This document shows, one piece after another, positions 26,017 through 36,644 of a DNA stretch of 42,297 nucleotides (positions are counted from its first letter, which is position 1; each line of letters begins with the position of its first letter). The notes below the pieces were generated by a model. The model was not told where the DNA came from and made no database searches. It saw only the letters and a program-made list of their open reading frames with translations. Both the position numbers and the translations under genes were made by a program. Origin of the DNA: a virus; UHGV virus genome UHGV-1359479. One strand, 5' to 3'.

Positions 26017-26251
26017 TCACCTTCTGCTCCTCGAAGTTCACGAGGTAGTCGACCGTTCCGGTCCCCCCGCGGTACTCGATGCACCGGACCTCATAGTAGT
26101 CGGGAACCTCCAGCTTATGTACGCTGACGACCTTTGCACAGAGGTTTCCGGTCAGATTAATGAACAAGCGAAGAGCTTTGTCTGCGTCGTCCTCAGCAAA
26201 GGCCATAGATGGCAATGCCAGGAGGATGAGAGAGATGATGATTTTTTTCAT
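26006..26251 (-). CDS. small secreted protein (signal peptide MKKIIISLILLALPSMAFA), encoded antisense within the tail operon; a moron
   Basis: Lower GC than its surroundings. It has an N-terminal signal peptide and is the only reverse-strand gene in the late region. Confidence 0.55.
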   Translation of the reverse strand: MKKIIISLILLALPSMAFAEDDADKALRLFINLTGNLCAKVVSVHKLEVPDYYEVRCIEYRGGTGTVDYLVNFEEQKVIKR

Positions 26252-26278
26252 AGGCTACTCCTTAAAAGCTGAGGTGAA

Positions 26279-29044
26279 GTGATGGCAGGGGCCATATATG
26301 TAGCGGTACGTGGTGATTACACGCAGTTCCAGAAAGACCTTGCCCGTGTGCGCGGCATCGCCAGAGAGAACGGCCTTGCCATCTCTAATGCTCTCAATAA
26401 CGCCATTACGCCGAATCAGGCAATCAGCGGGCTGGCGAAGCTCTCTTCTGCTATCAAGCGGGTCCGGACACAGTCCACAGGCTCTTGTAAACCTGCCATC
26501 AGCGGACTCGAAGAGCTGGCCCAGAAGGCCGGAACAAGCGCCACCCAGATGGAGAAGCTCTCGCAGGCGATGCTCAGGACGGCCCAGCAGAACCAGCTGG
26601 CGAAGGCCTACGCCGACATCCAGAAGCAGACCGGTTACAGCAACCTACAGATGGCGAAGTTCAAGGCTAGCCTTGGAGACGTGTCCGGAGCCATGAAGTC
26701 TATGGGCGCGGCGTTCGGCGCGGCGAAGCTCGCTATCGGCGGGGCGGCGGCCGGCCTCATCGCATTCCAGAAGGCGGCAATCGAGTCGCAGATGGAGCTG
26801 GAGAAGCTCCAGACGTCCTACCAGACTATTTTCGGAGAGGGCGGAGGGGCCCAGCTCGATTTCGTGAAGAACGAGCTGAACAGCGTCGGTCAGCAGTTCC
26901 GCTCCGGCGCCGAGGCGGCCAAGACATTTTTCGCCGCGGGCATGAACTCGAGCCTCGCCCCTCAGCTGAACTTCATTTTTAAGGCCTTCACCGATGCCGG
27001 CGCGGCCATGCAGCTGTCCGGCGATGAGATGAGCCGTGTGTTTCTGGCTCTTGGCCAGATGATGTCCAAGGGGAAAGTCCAGGCGGAAGATCTACGTGGA
27101 CAGCTGGGTGAAGCTCTCCCCGGCGCGTTCCAGATGGCGGCTGACGCGATGGGGATGACCACCGCCCAGCTCGATAAGTTCATGGCTGACGGGAATCTGA
27201 CAGCCGAAGAAGTTATCCCCAAGATGGCTGTTGCCATCAAAGAGCAATACTCTGAATCGGCCAAACAGGCCGCAGATACGACCCAGGGCAAACTCAACCA
27301 GATGCTCAATGCCTGGGAAGAGTACAAGGCCAGACTGGCGGCGTCAGGACCGGCAAGGCATATCATCCAGTTCATCACGGAATACCTTACCTCGAGGAAT
27401 GACGAGGCCGCGGCGGCGGAGAAAGAGTCTTCCCAGAATGCCCGCCTCGCGTCTCAGGGCGCGAAGAAGCACCCCATCCTTGATGAGAACGGTGTCCTTG
27501 TGGGATACGGGTACACGCAGCAGCAGCGCGCGGGACTCGACCAGCAGGACGCGGCCGCCAAGGCCAAAAAAGACGCTGAAGCCGCTGAAAAGCGGCGTAA
27601 AAAGCAGGAAGCGGACAAGCGCAGCGAGGAGCTTGCCAATATCCGCAAAGCCTCTCAGGACGTTTTTGCGGGGACGGACGCCGGACGCAGAGCGAAGCTG
27701 CGGGGGCAGATCGACGCCCTGCGCAGGTCGGACGCGCTCCTCTCTACCGCCGTGAAGAATGGGGAACTCACCCAGGCTGACGCCGATGCCTACAGGCAGT
27801 CCGCGCATATCGGGGAGTCTGTCGCGTCACTTCAGGATCAGATTGCCAAGATAGGCGCATCTGGAGGAAAGGGTTCCGGCCACAAAAAGTCGCCCGCTGA
27901 GACGTTCGCAGAGAACAGCCAGCGCTACTCCGTCAACCTCGAGAAGATGCGCAACGAGGTGGAGGCGCTCCGGCAGGCATCTGACCCCACGCTGACCACA
28001 TATGACCGTATGGTCGCGAAGATCAACGCGGAGAAAGAGGCTGCGATAAAAAACGCGGACGTCAAGGCTCAGGAGACCATCCGCCGCAAGGAGGCGACGG
28101 CCGCACAAGCCGAAGAGATGGTCTCACTCGAGAAGGAGCAGGCCACGCTCAAGGCCCAGTCCGACCTCGACCAGCTAAACAACCAGCACCTCAAGGAAAG
28201 GGCAGACTGGTACCGGGAGTACGCCGAGGAGTCTGGCGACTACGCCATGAGCCTCCAGCTCCAGAACGAGCTCATCGATAAGCAGGCCAAGGAGTGGGCC
28301 TCTCTGGGGATACCCATGCAGGACGTCCAGAACCGCGTGGCCCTCCTGAAGGCGCAGCTTGACCAGAGCCCCCGCATGGCGCTGGCGCAGGCTCTCCGGC
28401 AGTACGGCGAAGAAGCCAAAGACTGGACAAAGTCCATGTCTGACGCCGTCTCGCAGGTTTTCGGGGGAATGGAAGACGCTCTGGCCAACTTCGTAACAAC
28501 GGGGAAACTGAGCTTCACCGATTTTGCGAACAGCGTCATAGCCGACCTTGCCAGAATCGCCATCAGGGCGAGCATCACCGGTCCGCTCTCCAGCATGCTG
28601 GGCGGGTTCTTCGGCGCCCCGACGGCTACGGCCAGCGCGAACGGCAATGTCTTCACCGGCATCGGCGACTACTCCGGCCGGATAGTCACGAGGCCGACGC
28701 TTTTCTCTTACAGCTCACACCTTAAGGCCTTCGCGAAGGGCGGCGTTATGGGCGAGGCAGGTCCTGAAGCGGTCATGCCCCTCAGGCGCATGAGCAATGG
28801 CCGGCTCGGGGTCGAGTCGTCCGGAAGCGGCGTAAACGTCCCTATTAATATAGAGGTCGTAAACGAGACAGGCCAGAGCACAAAGGCGGAAGCCCGCCAG
28901 CAGAGAAACAACGACGGCGGCATGGACGTCACGGTCTACATCCGTCAGGTTGTGGCGCAGGACATCACGCGCGGCAACGGCGGCATGGTCGCTCAGGCTA
29001 TACAGGGCGTGTACGGCGTGAAGCGCCAGCAGAGAGGAGCGTAG
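26279..29044 (+). CDS. tail tape measure protein
   Basis: 921 aa, alpha-helical and repetitive, in the canonical position. Confidence 0.85.
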   Translation: MMAGAIYVAVRGDYTQFQKDLARVRGIARENGLAISNALNNAITPNQAISGLAKLSSAIKRVRTQSTGSCKPAISGLEELAQKAGTSATQMEKLSQAMLRTAQQNQLAKAYADIQKQTGYSNLQMAKFKASLGDVSGAMKSMGAAFGAAKLAIGGAAAGLIAFQKAAIESQMELEKLQTSYQTIFGEGGGAQLDFVKNELNSVGQQFRSGAEAAKTFFAAGMNSSLAPQLNFIFKAFTDAGAAMQLSGDEMSRVFLALGQMMSKGKVQAEDLRGQLGEALPGAFQMAADAMGMTTAQLDKFMADGNLTAEEVIPKMAVAIKEQYSESAKQAADTTQGKLNQMLNAWEEYKARLAASGPARHIIQFITEYLTSRNDEAAAAEKESSQNARLASQGAKKHPILDENGVLVGYGYTQQQRAGLDQQDAAAKAKKDAEAAEKRRKKQEADKRSEELANIRKASQDVFAGTDAGRRAKLRGQIDALRRSDALLSTAVKNGELTQADADAYRQSAHIGESVASLQDQIAKIGASGGKGSGHKKSPAETFAENSQRYSVNLEKMRNEVEALRQASDPTLTTYDRMVAKINAEKEAAIKNADVKAQETIRRKEATAAQAEEMVSLEKEQATLKAQSDLDQLNNQHLKERADWYREYAEESGDYAMSLQLQNELIDKQAKEWASLGIPMQDVQNRVALLKAQLDQSPRMALAQALRQYGEEAKDWTKSMSDAVSQVFGGMEDALANFVTTGKLSFTDFANSVIADLARIAIRASITGPLSSMLGGFFGAPTATASANGNVFTGIGDYSGRIVTRPTLFSYSSHLKAFAKGGVMGEAGPEAVMPLRRMSNGRLGVESSGSGVNVPINIEVVNETGQSTKAEARQQRNNDGGMDVTVYIRQVVAQDITRGNGGMVAQAIQGVYGVKRQQRGA

Positions 29045-29047
29045 GAT

Positions 29048-29482
29048 ATGGCATTATCTCAGGTGATGTGGCCCACAGATCTCCCGCAGGACCCGCTCAT
29101 CGACGGGTACCAAAGGACCATGGGCAGAGATGTCATTACATCGGAGTTCGATGTCGGGCCGAAGCGCCAGAGAAAGCGCTCATCCTCGGCTATGACGCAG
29201 ATCCAGTGCTCCTATTTTCTCCGCAGGAGCCAGCGCCGCTCTTTCGAAGAGTTTGCGAAGCTTGTGGAGGGGCGCTCCTTCTGGTGGCCTGATCCTGAGG
29301 ACAGCTTCAGGTACAAGTATTGCCGCTTCGCCGAGGCCCCGGTCGTGAAGCCGAGGGACGGTATCCACTACCAGATCGATCTCAGGCTTGAGATGTGGCC
29401 GTACATTGAGAAGGGGACGGATGGGACATCAGGGGCGTCAGGATCCTCGGGTACATCCGGCAGTGGGACGACGGGGAGCTAG
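29048..29482 (+). CDS. minor tail protein, lambda gpM-like
   Basis: Similarity pattern to gpM (GY..R......F.....FEEF......SFWW). Confidence 0.5.
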   Translation: MALSQVMWPTDLPQDPLIDGYQRTMGRDVITSEFDVGPKRQRKRSSSAMTQIQCSYFLRRSQRRSFEEFAKLVEGRSFWWPDPEDSFRYKYCRFAEAPVVKPRDGIHYQIDLRLEMWPYIEKGTDGTSGASGSSGTSGSGTTGS

Positions 29483-29485
29483 CAC

Positions 29486-30013
29486 ATGGCCAACATTATC
29501 ACCTCAGAAGAATATAAGAAGTGGGTGAAGGAGTACGACTCCGATGACCCGCTGGTGGTGCTCATGACCATCACGCACCCGACGCTGTCAGAGCCGGTGC
29601 GCATCTCGAGTGACGCCACGACATTCATCCAGCTCGACAGCGAGACGCAGGAGCCCATCTATGGGACTGTGTCCAGGAACAACACCTACTACGCTCTCCC
29701 GTTCCGCTTTATCCTGCCGGATCAGCCCGAGACAACAGACTCTTCCGTGAAGGCTACGCTGGCCATCGACAACGTCAACCGGGAGTACACGGCTCTCATC
29801 CGCAACATCGACGTCAGCCCGACGCTCACCATAGAACTGTGCTTCGCCTCGGCTCCGGACACCATCATCGAGACTCTGCCGGTCATGATGATAGAGGACA
29901 TCGAGTACGATGTGCGCACCATCAACCTGCAGCTTACCATCGACGACCCGCGCGTCCAAACCTTTCCCGCACTGCAGTTTTACCCCTCGCGGTTCCCGGG
30001 GCTGTTCTCATGA
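29486..30013 (+). CDS. distal tail protein (gpL-position)
   Basis: Position only. Confidence 0.4.
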   Translation: MANIITSEEYKKWVKEYDSDDPLVVLMTITHPTLSEPVRISSDATTFIQLDSETQEPIYGTVSRNNTYYALPFRFILPDQPETTDSSVKATLAIDNVNREYTALIRNIDVSPTLTIELCFASAPDTIIETLPVMMIEDIEYDVRTINLQLTIDDPRVQTFPALQFYPSRFPGLFS

Positions 30014-30423
30014 TGTGGTGGGAGGAGTATATCGGCATCCCCTTCAGGGCGATGGGCAGGGATGAGTCCGGCGTGGACTGCGTCGGCCTCGGCATCCTGA
30101 TGATGAAGCGGGAGAAGGGTGTCACTGTGGATGACACACCCCTCACGTACACGGCCGCAGAGATGCGGCATTTCCGCTCTCTCCACCGGATAGACGCCCT
30201 CATCCAGTCGGGACTCAGCAAATGGCACGATATCGGGAATGATAGACCTCATCCCCTCGACCTCGCGCTTTACACGGTTCACGGTATCGAGTGCCACGCC
30301 GCCATGGTGATAGATCCGGAGCACGTCCTGCATGTGGAGGAGCGTCACTGCGTCCATGCCGCTCCGCTGCATATTCCCGGCTATGTCCTCACGAGGATTT
30401 TACGACATGAAAGTCAGCTGTAA
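30010..30423 (+). CDS. NlpC/P60-family tail assembly protein, lambda gpK-like
   Basis: The catalytic Cys context is YIGIPFRAMGRDESGVDCVGL, with a downstream His. Confidence 0.7.
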   Translation: MMWWEEYIGIPFRAMGRDESGVDCVGLGILMMKREKGVTVDDTPLTYTAAEMRHFRSLHRIDALIQSGLSKWHDIGNDRPHPLDLALYTVHGIECHAAMVIDPEHVLHVEERHCVHAAPLHIPGYVLTRILRHESQL

Positions 30424-33400
30424 CCTGCCGGCCATTCCGGACAAAAAAGTTTTCCCCTTGAAGCCTGTGGCGGTCCGTGTCCGGCCGTCCCTCATGCGCA
30501 TGGATGTCTTCACCGCAAAAGTCATGCCCGGCATGAATGTGCTGGAAGGTCTCCGCCTGGCGTGCCGTCAGACAGGGACGCCCATCGGCATTGTCCGTAT
30601 GGCCAGAGTGTTTATCAACGGGACGCCTGTCCCCAGGAAGGATTGGAGCAGGACATATCTCCGACAGGGGGATTATGTCTCCGTGGCTGCACCCCTTGCC
30701 GGCGGCGGTGGAGGAGGCGGGGGAAAGAACCCCATGCGCATGATCCTCTCCATCGCTGTCATCGCCGTGGCCGCGGCCGCTACATGGTGGGTCGGCGGCG
30801 CAGGCGGATGGAGCTTCGGCATCCTCCCGACTCTGCATCTCGGGGCCGTGGCGGGAGCTGTAGCCGGCGGCCTCGTCCTGATGGGCGGCATGCTCCTCGT
30901 GAACGCGCTGTGCCCGGTCAGCACGCCGAAGCTCTCCGGCGCGAAAGACAGTGAGGCCGCCCAGAAGATATGGTCCATCGACGGAGCGCAAAATAAAACG
31001 GACCCCTACGGGCCCGTACCTACGGTGCTTGGCCGTGTGCGCTTCGCCCCGAGATTCGCATCCCAGAGCTACAGCGTCCTTTCTGGCAATGACCAGTACG
31101 TGCGCTATCTCTTCGTCGCCTCGACCGGCGACTGCACCGTCTCCAACCCCCGCCTCGGGGATACAAATCTCTGGAACTATCAGGGCGCCGAGTGGCGGGT
31201 TCACCGCAACTGGTCTGGCGGCGAGGCTCTGACCTGGTTCGGCTCGGCCGCGACGAGCGAGAGTTTTAGCCTGGCGATGAAAAACTCGGTCGGCTGGCAG
31301 ACAAGGACGACCGCCAGAGACTGCACGCACGCGCAGCTCATCCTCATCTTCGATAATGGCCTGAAGCATATCGACAGTGAAGGAAACGGCTCTGCCGTAT
31401 CCGTGGATGTGGAGTGCAGGTACAGGGCTGTCGGCTCCTCGGACTGGACGACATCTGGCTATCACTACGAGGGATGCACCATTAACCCGATGCGGCGCTC
31501 CATCGACCTGTGGCTTCCCGCCGGCCAGTACGAGATAGGACTCCGCAGGGTGACTCCGGACTCCGACTCCGAGAGCACCAGGGAGACGACGAGAGACACC
31601 TTCACCTGGTCGGCTCTCCAGAGCTTCAGGGCCAAGCCGGCCGTCGTCGGCGACTCCAGACATCCTATGACCCTCATTGAGCTTTCCCTGAAGGCGACGG
31701 AACAGCTGAACGGCAACATCGATGAATTCAACGTCGAATGCTGCAGTCTCGCCCCTGTCCCGAACGGCGATACCTGGAACTGGGTAGAGACGGCGAACCC
31801 TGCGTCGCTCTTCATGCGTGTGATGACTGGCACAGACATCTCGAAGCCGTGTGCCTGGGACAGCCTCGACCTCTCGGCCTGTAAAAATTTCTATGCCTGG
31901 TGTAAAAAAATGGGCTGGAAGTACAACGCACTCCTGACTTCCAAGACGAACGCCGGAGAAGTTGTGCACAACATCCTATCCTCCGGCCGCGGGTCCTACG
32001 CTCTTCTCAACGGCCATGGCGTCATCTACGATGACCCCGATGCTCCCGTTGTGGATATGCTCACGCAGCGAAATTCGTGGAATTTCCAGTCAAAGAAGTC
32101 ACTCGTCTTCGAGAAAGTGCACGGCCTGCGCATGCGCTTTCTGAACGAACAAAAGGATTATCAGGAAGATGAGCGCGTGGTCTACGATGACGGATATAAT
32201 GAGGGCAACGCCACAAATGTCATCGAATTCGAGCAGGATGGCGTGACCAACCCGGACCTTATCTGGAAGCATGGCCGTCTCAGACTCGCCGAGATGCGCC
32301 TGCGCCCCGAGACCTACACTGTGACAGTGGAAGCGGAGTCCATTACGCTGCGCAGAGGAGATAAAGTTCGCGTCCTCCATGACGCCACCTTCTGGGGCAT
32401 CACTTCCGGCGCCATTACGAAGGTCAACCTCAACGGCGACAAACTCATCGAGAGCATCGAGCTGGACGACTGGTGCCCCATGGATGCCGACAAAGCCTAT
32501 GGTGTCCGCGTCACAAACTACAAAGCGACGGATGCCTACTACAGCGTCCTGACTATCCCGAACACAGAGTCACGTGTCCTGACATTCTCCACACCGCAGT
32601 CTCCCGACACAACCGGCATCTCTGTCGGTGACATCGTAGGCTTCGGAGTTACATCGTCCGTCGGTGCCGAGTGTATCGTCCTCTCTGTCACTCCGTCCGA
32701 GAATTTCTGCGCCACCATCACATTGTGTGACGCGGCGACAAATATATATCAGGCCATCTCCGGCGCCATCCCGGCCTGGAACAGTCAGATTACAGCGGCA
32801 ACCAGGTATCAGGTGGGTAGGCCAAATCCGCCTTCAATCCTCGGCATCGTGTCTGATGAGATGGTGCTGCGGCGTAACGCCGACGGCTCACTTTCTCCCC
32901 AGATGTCAGTTACTTTCCTGCTCCCTGACCAGCCGAACGGGGTGCATGCCGCAAGCGTCCTTATGTCCGTCCGTAAAGCTGACAGTGAGGACCAGTGGGA
33001 TACCTACATGTCCAACTCCATCTTTGGCGATACATGCAGCATCCTTGACCCGAGTGTGGAAGAAGGCGTGTACTACGATGTGAAGGGCCAGATTACTACC
33101 ACGTCCGGCCTCATCTCTGACTTCTCCACGACCGTCCGGCACAAGGTCATAGGCAAGACTAATCCGCCTCCGGACGTCACGGGATTTACCGCAACGCTGG
33201 AGGCTCCGGCAGGTATCCGCCTCAACTGGGATGAGATTACCGTTCTTGACTTAGACCATTACACGATCACAGGCCTCAATGGCGGCGATACGATAGCAAC
33301 GACAATGATATGTCCGGCACCGAACACGGTTGGTACTGTTGTTTATACGGCGGTTGCTGTGGATACCGGAGGCAGAAAGAGCAAGACACCGGCCAAAGCG

Positions 33401-35302
33401 TCTGTACAGATTTATCCTCCGGCAGCGCCTGACCTTGAAGGCTCTATCATCGACAACCTGCTGCATGTAGTGTGGCAGGACTGCTCCACGTCATGGCCGG
33501 TGCGAAGGTACTTTGTCCACGATATCAGCAAGGACACTACGGACGAGGTTCTTACTACACGATGGCCCATGCCGACACGCGTGCCAGGAACATATGAATT
33601 TGCTGTATATGCAGAAGATATTTTCAGAAATAAGGGCGAAGTGACGACAGAAAGCATTGTTGTTCCCGACATTGGAACACCTGTGCCCAAAGTGGAAGTT
33701 GACGGCACGCAGTGCGTCATCGTCTGGGAGCAGGTCACAAGTCCTTTCGAGCTTTCCTACTACGAGATAAAAGACGCAGACGGCAGAACACTGGATAAGA
33801 TAAAGTCCAACTCCTACCGTTTTACGGCTCCGGCCAGTGGCGTCCTTGGCTACAGAGTGAGGGCAGTAGACATCGCCGGGAACATGTCGCCATGGGGTGA
33901 GGTGTCCTTTGACCTTACAGGGCCGGCTTCTCCCCAGCCCGTCATAACCGTAGTTGAGGACAGAGTGGAGGTATCCTGGGCCGTGCCGCTGTCTATGCTG
34001 CCTATCACCGGGTATGAGATTATCCGCCAGTGGGATGAAGCGCGCGAGGACGGCACTGTAGAGACGAAAGAGTATGATTACGGCATGATCCTTGGTACCA
34101 AGGTGACGGAGACCAAGATGATAACCGGAACACATACTTTCCTTGTCCGTGCCGTAGACTCTTCGGGAAACAAAAGCGAGTGGGGGACGGCTGATATCCT
34201 TGTCCGCGCTCCGGGTAAGGTCACTTTCTCCGGATGCTATCCGCTCGACAACAACGCGATGGTGTACTGGACAGAAGGAAAGCAGGGCACTTTCCCCGTG
34301 GAGCGATACCTTTTCGGCTACGTGGACGAGGACGGGTACGATATACAGCTTGGCTACACGTCCGCGCTTTTCACAACCATTGTGGAGACCAAAGGCGGCG
34401 ATTATACCTATTGGGTTGTGCCGGTTGATACCGCAGGGAACAGAGGCGACAGGGAAATAGTCACGTTGTCTATCACCCAGCCTCCGGAGTTCCGGCTGTT
34501 CTATGATGTGGACTCCACTTTCTCCGGAACCAAAGAAAACATGCTTTTGGACGGGAAAGGCGCCATGGTTGGCCCGTACACGGATCAGACGTGGAATGAA
34601 AATTGCGCTATCGTAGCCAGCCGTCTTGGCGTGGATGCGGATGCGATTACGTGGCAGCTTAAGACAGACAATAACTTCAACGGGTGGCTCTCTCCGGAGA
34701 TGCTTCCCGGTACGGACGGCGGCTACACTGATACTACGGGAACATACACCAGTGCGGTTGGCACCTACACGGAAATTTTTGACGTTGGGACGGATATCCC
34801 GTCCTGCCGCGTGGTCGTAACACCGACTATAGAAGTCATTGACGGCGATCCGGTAGCTTCGTGTAGGATTGAGACGTCCCTTGACGGCACGGAGTACACG
34901 ATGGCTGCGGAGGACGGCTATGTGGGTATCACGGATAGGTTCCGTTATGTCCGCGTGACGCTTAAGTGGTCTGGCGGCGGCGTGGCGGTGAAGAACCTGC
35001 ACCTCCAGTGCGCCATAAAGAAGCGCCAGGACTTTGGCAGCGTGTACGTCAGGGCTGACGACAACGGCGAGGGCTGGGAAGATGACCCCATGCAGATGGG
35101 CAAGCAGGTCAACTTCAATGTAGATTTCATTGATGTTGAAGAGCCTATCCATGTATTCATCTCTGATAACGCAACGGGAAAGACGCCAGTTGTGATATTC
35201 AAAGGCGAAAACAAGGCTCCTACGTATTTCAGAGTTGTTGTATTTGACGTCAACGGGAAGCGTACTGACGGCCTTGTACAGTGGCGTGCGCAGGGAGTAT
35301 AA
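30407..35302 (+). CDS. fused gpI-like (N-terminal ~210 aa, Gly-rich and hydrophobic) and gpJ-like central tail fibre / host-specificity protein
   Basis: The I-like C-terminal hydrophobic stretch follows a G8 peptide linker. The J-like N-terminus is LSGAKDSEAAQKIWSIDGAQ. Fibronectin-III-like repeats follow. Confidence 0.7.
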   Translation: MKVSCNLPAIPDKKVFPLKPVAVRVRPSLMRMDVFTAKVMPGMNVLEGLRLACRQTGTPIGIVRMARVFINGTPVPRKDWSRTYLRQGDYVSVAAPLAGGGGGGGGKNPMRMILSIAVIAVAAAATWWVGGAGGWSFGILPTLHLGAVAGAVAGGLVLMGGMLLVNALCPVSTPKLSGAKDSEAAQKIWSIDGAQNKTDPYGPVPTVLGRVRFAPRFASQSYSVLSGNDQYVRYLFVASTGDCTVSNPRLGDTNLWNYQGAEWRVHRNWSGGEALTWFGSAATSESFSLAMKNSVGWQTRTTARDCTHAQLILIFDNGLKHIDSEGNGSAVSVDVECRYRAVGSSDWTTSGYHYEGCTINPMRRSIDLWLPAGQYEIGLRRVTPDSDSESTRETTRDTFTWSALQSFRAKPAVVGDSRHPMTLIELSLKATEQLNGNIDEFNVECCSLAPVPNGDTWNWVETANPASLFMRVMTGTDISKPCAWDSLDLSACKNFYAWCKKMGWKYNALLTSKTNAGEVVHNILSSGRGSYALLNGHGVIYDDPDAPVVDMLTQRNSWNFQSKKSLVFEKVHGLRMRFLNEQKDYQEDERVVYDDGYNEGNATNVIEFEQDGVTNPDLIWKHGRLRLAEMRLRPETYTVTVEAESITLRRGDKVRVLHDATFWGITSGAITKVNLNGDKLIESIELDDWCPMDADKAYGVRVTNYKATDAYYSVLTIPNTESRVLTFSTPQSPDTTGISVGDIVGFGVTSSVGAECIVLSVTPSENFCATITLCDAATNIYQAISGAIPAWNSQITAATRYQVGRPNPPSILGIVSDEMVLRRNADGSLSPQMSVTFLLPDQPNGVHAASVLMSVRKADSEDQWDTYMSNSIFGDTCSILDPSVEEGVYYDVKGQITTTSGLISDFSTTVRHKVIGKTNPPPDVTGFTATLEAPAGIRLNWDEITVLDLDHYTITGLNGGDTIATTMICPAPNTVGTVVYTAVAVDTGGRKSKTPAKASVQIYPPAAPDLEGSIIDNLLHVVWQDCSTSWPVRRYFVHDISKDTTDEVLTTRWPMPTRVPGTYEFAVYAEDIFRNKGEVTTESIVVPDIGTPVPKVEVDGTQCVIVWEQVTSPFELSYYEIKDADGRTLDKIKSNSYRFTAPASGVLGYRVRAVDIAGNMSPWGEVSFDLTGPASPQPVITVVEDRVEVSWAVPLSMLPITGYEIIRQWDEAREDGTVETKEYDYGMILGTKVTETKMITGTHTFLVRAVDSSGNKSEWGTADILVRAPGKVTFSGCYPLDNNAMVYWTEGKQGTFPVERYLFGYVDEDGYDIQLGYTSALFTTIVETKGGDYTYWVVPVDTAGNRGDREIVTLSITQPPEFRLFYDVDSTFSGTKENMLLDGKGAMVGPYTDQTWNENCAIVASRLGVDADAITWQLKTDNNFNGWLSPEMLPGTDGGYTDTTGTYTSAVGTYTEIFDVGTDIPSCRVVVTPTIEVIDGDPVASCRIETSLDGTEYTMAAEDGYVGITDRFRYVRVTLKWSGGGVAVKNLHLQCAIKKRQDFGSVYVRADDNGEGWEDDPMQMGKQVNFNVDFIDVEEPIHVFISDNATGKTPVVIFKGENKAPTYFRVVVFDVNGKRTDGLVQWRAQGV

Positions 35303-35308
35303 ACTGCC

Positions 35309-35878
35309 ATGGCAGATAAAAAATGCGATATTGTAATATCCACGTCCGGAAAGTGGCGTGAAGATCAGGTTAATACAGAGGCCTTGCGCTGGAACTGGAG
35401 CAAACAGACCTTCGAGCGGTGGAACGGCTCGGAATGGGAATTGCTTGCGCCGACTTTTCAGAAAGGAGAACTGACAGAAAGTCCTCCGGAAGGGGATGTA
35501 TCATATAAAATAGCAACAACGGCGTGGATTGCCGATTACGTGAAAGCCGCCATACAGGCTTTTGTGGACACATCCGGTCTTATCCCATGGATGACTCTTG
35601 ATGAAGACCAGGCCGTCTACGCTGAAAAAGTCTTCTCCACGGGCATTGTGCTTCCGCTTCCTGACGACGATGACAACACAGACGCCATGGCGTCTACGCA
35701 GTGGGTACAGGCGCGCAAGGCCGAAATGGACACAGCAGACAGAAATGCGGATGCGAAAATTGCGGATATTACGTCAAGACAGACGGCACTTGATAATAAT
35801 GACAAAGCAATACAGGATGACATCAACACGGCTTATATTGTCATTCTGGCCGAATATCAGAAGGCCGGAGGAGAATAG
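35309..35878 (+). CDS. tail-fibre-locus protein, 189 aa
   Basis: C-terminal IQDDINTAYIVILAEYQKAGG is paralogous to the 35885..36196 gene. Confidence 0.5.
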   Translation: MADKKCDIVISTSGKWREDQVNTEALRWNWSKQTFERWNGSEWELLAPTFQKGELTESPPEGDVSYKIATTAWIADYVKAAIQAFVDTSGLIPWMTLDEDQAVYAEKVFSTGIVLPLPDDDDNTDAMASTQWVQARKAEMDTADRNADAKIADITSRQTALDNNDKAIQDDINTAYIVILAEYQKAGGE

Positions 35879-35884
35879 CAACCA

Positions 35885-36196
35885 ATGGCAGATATCACTA
35901 CATACGTGACGCTGAACACGCCGCAGGAAATAACGGGGAAGAAGACTTTTACAAAGCCTGTCACTATTCCCGCGCCGGCGGATGACGACAACTCCACGGC
36001 TCCGGCTACCACGGCTTTTTGTCAGAAACTTCTATCGCCGCTTAAAGACAAGGATAGCGCGATATCTAATCAGTTAGCCACACTGGAAGAGAACACGCAA
36101 AGTCTGGAGGCGGCTGATACTTCTTTGCAGGATGATATCAACGCCGCCTATGACGCCTTGGCGGCAGAGTACGTGAAGAACGGAGGTACCCTGTAA
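35885..36196 (+). CDS. tail-fibre N-terminal-like protein, 103 aa
   Basis: EITGKKTFTKPVTIPA motif. Paralogous C-terminus. Confidence 0.5.
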   Translation: MADITTYVTLNTPQEITGKKTFTKPVTIPAPADDDNSTAPATTAFCQKLLSPLKDKDSAISNQLATLEENTQSLEAADTSLQDDINAAYDALAAEYVKNGGTL

Positions 36197-36644
36197 TGGC
36201 TACGACTAATCACGATTTGCTTGAAACGATCCAGATGGCGATAAAATTGAGCAAGCTTGAACAGCATCCTGTGGGCAGCCTCTGGGCTACCATGAGTGAC
36301 GATAACCCCGCCGATATTTTCGGGGGGGGTGGAAGAAGTTAGGTGAGTGCAGGGTGTTACAGTGCGCCGATGACGACCATCCGGCGGGGACTACAGAAGA
36401 AGCGGGACTGCCGGATATACAGGGCTACCTCGGCGACAGCTACGGAGAGTCCGGCCTTTTCTGGAAAGTGGACGGCGCTTTTACCGCGAGGAAGACCGGA
36501 ACCCGCTTCCCAAGGTTAAGCGACAGCAACACGAGTTATACAGAAATAGATTTTAAAGCTTCTTCTTATAATCCAATTTACGGCAATTCAAATACCGTTC
36601 AGATGAAATCAATCTATTGTAACATATGGCAAAGGATTAAATAA
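36196..36644 (+). CDS. phase-variable gene copy 1. A 48-aa N-terminal ORF (36196-36342) ends just after a G8 tract (36322-36329). The downstream frame is open over 36306-36644. A one-G insertion would fuse them into a ~149-aa protein.
   Basis: Frames were checked by hand. The N-terminus MATTNHDL and the C-terminus ...TVQMKSIYCNIWQRIK are paralogous to copy 2. Confidence 0.55.
36322..36329 (+). repeat. G8 homopolymer, a slippage switch
   Basis: Seen in the sequence. Confidence 0.9.
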
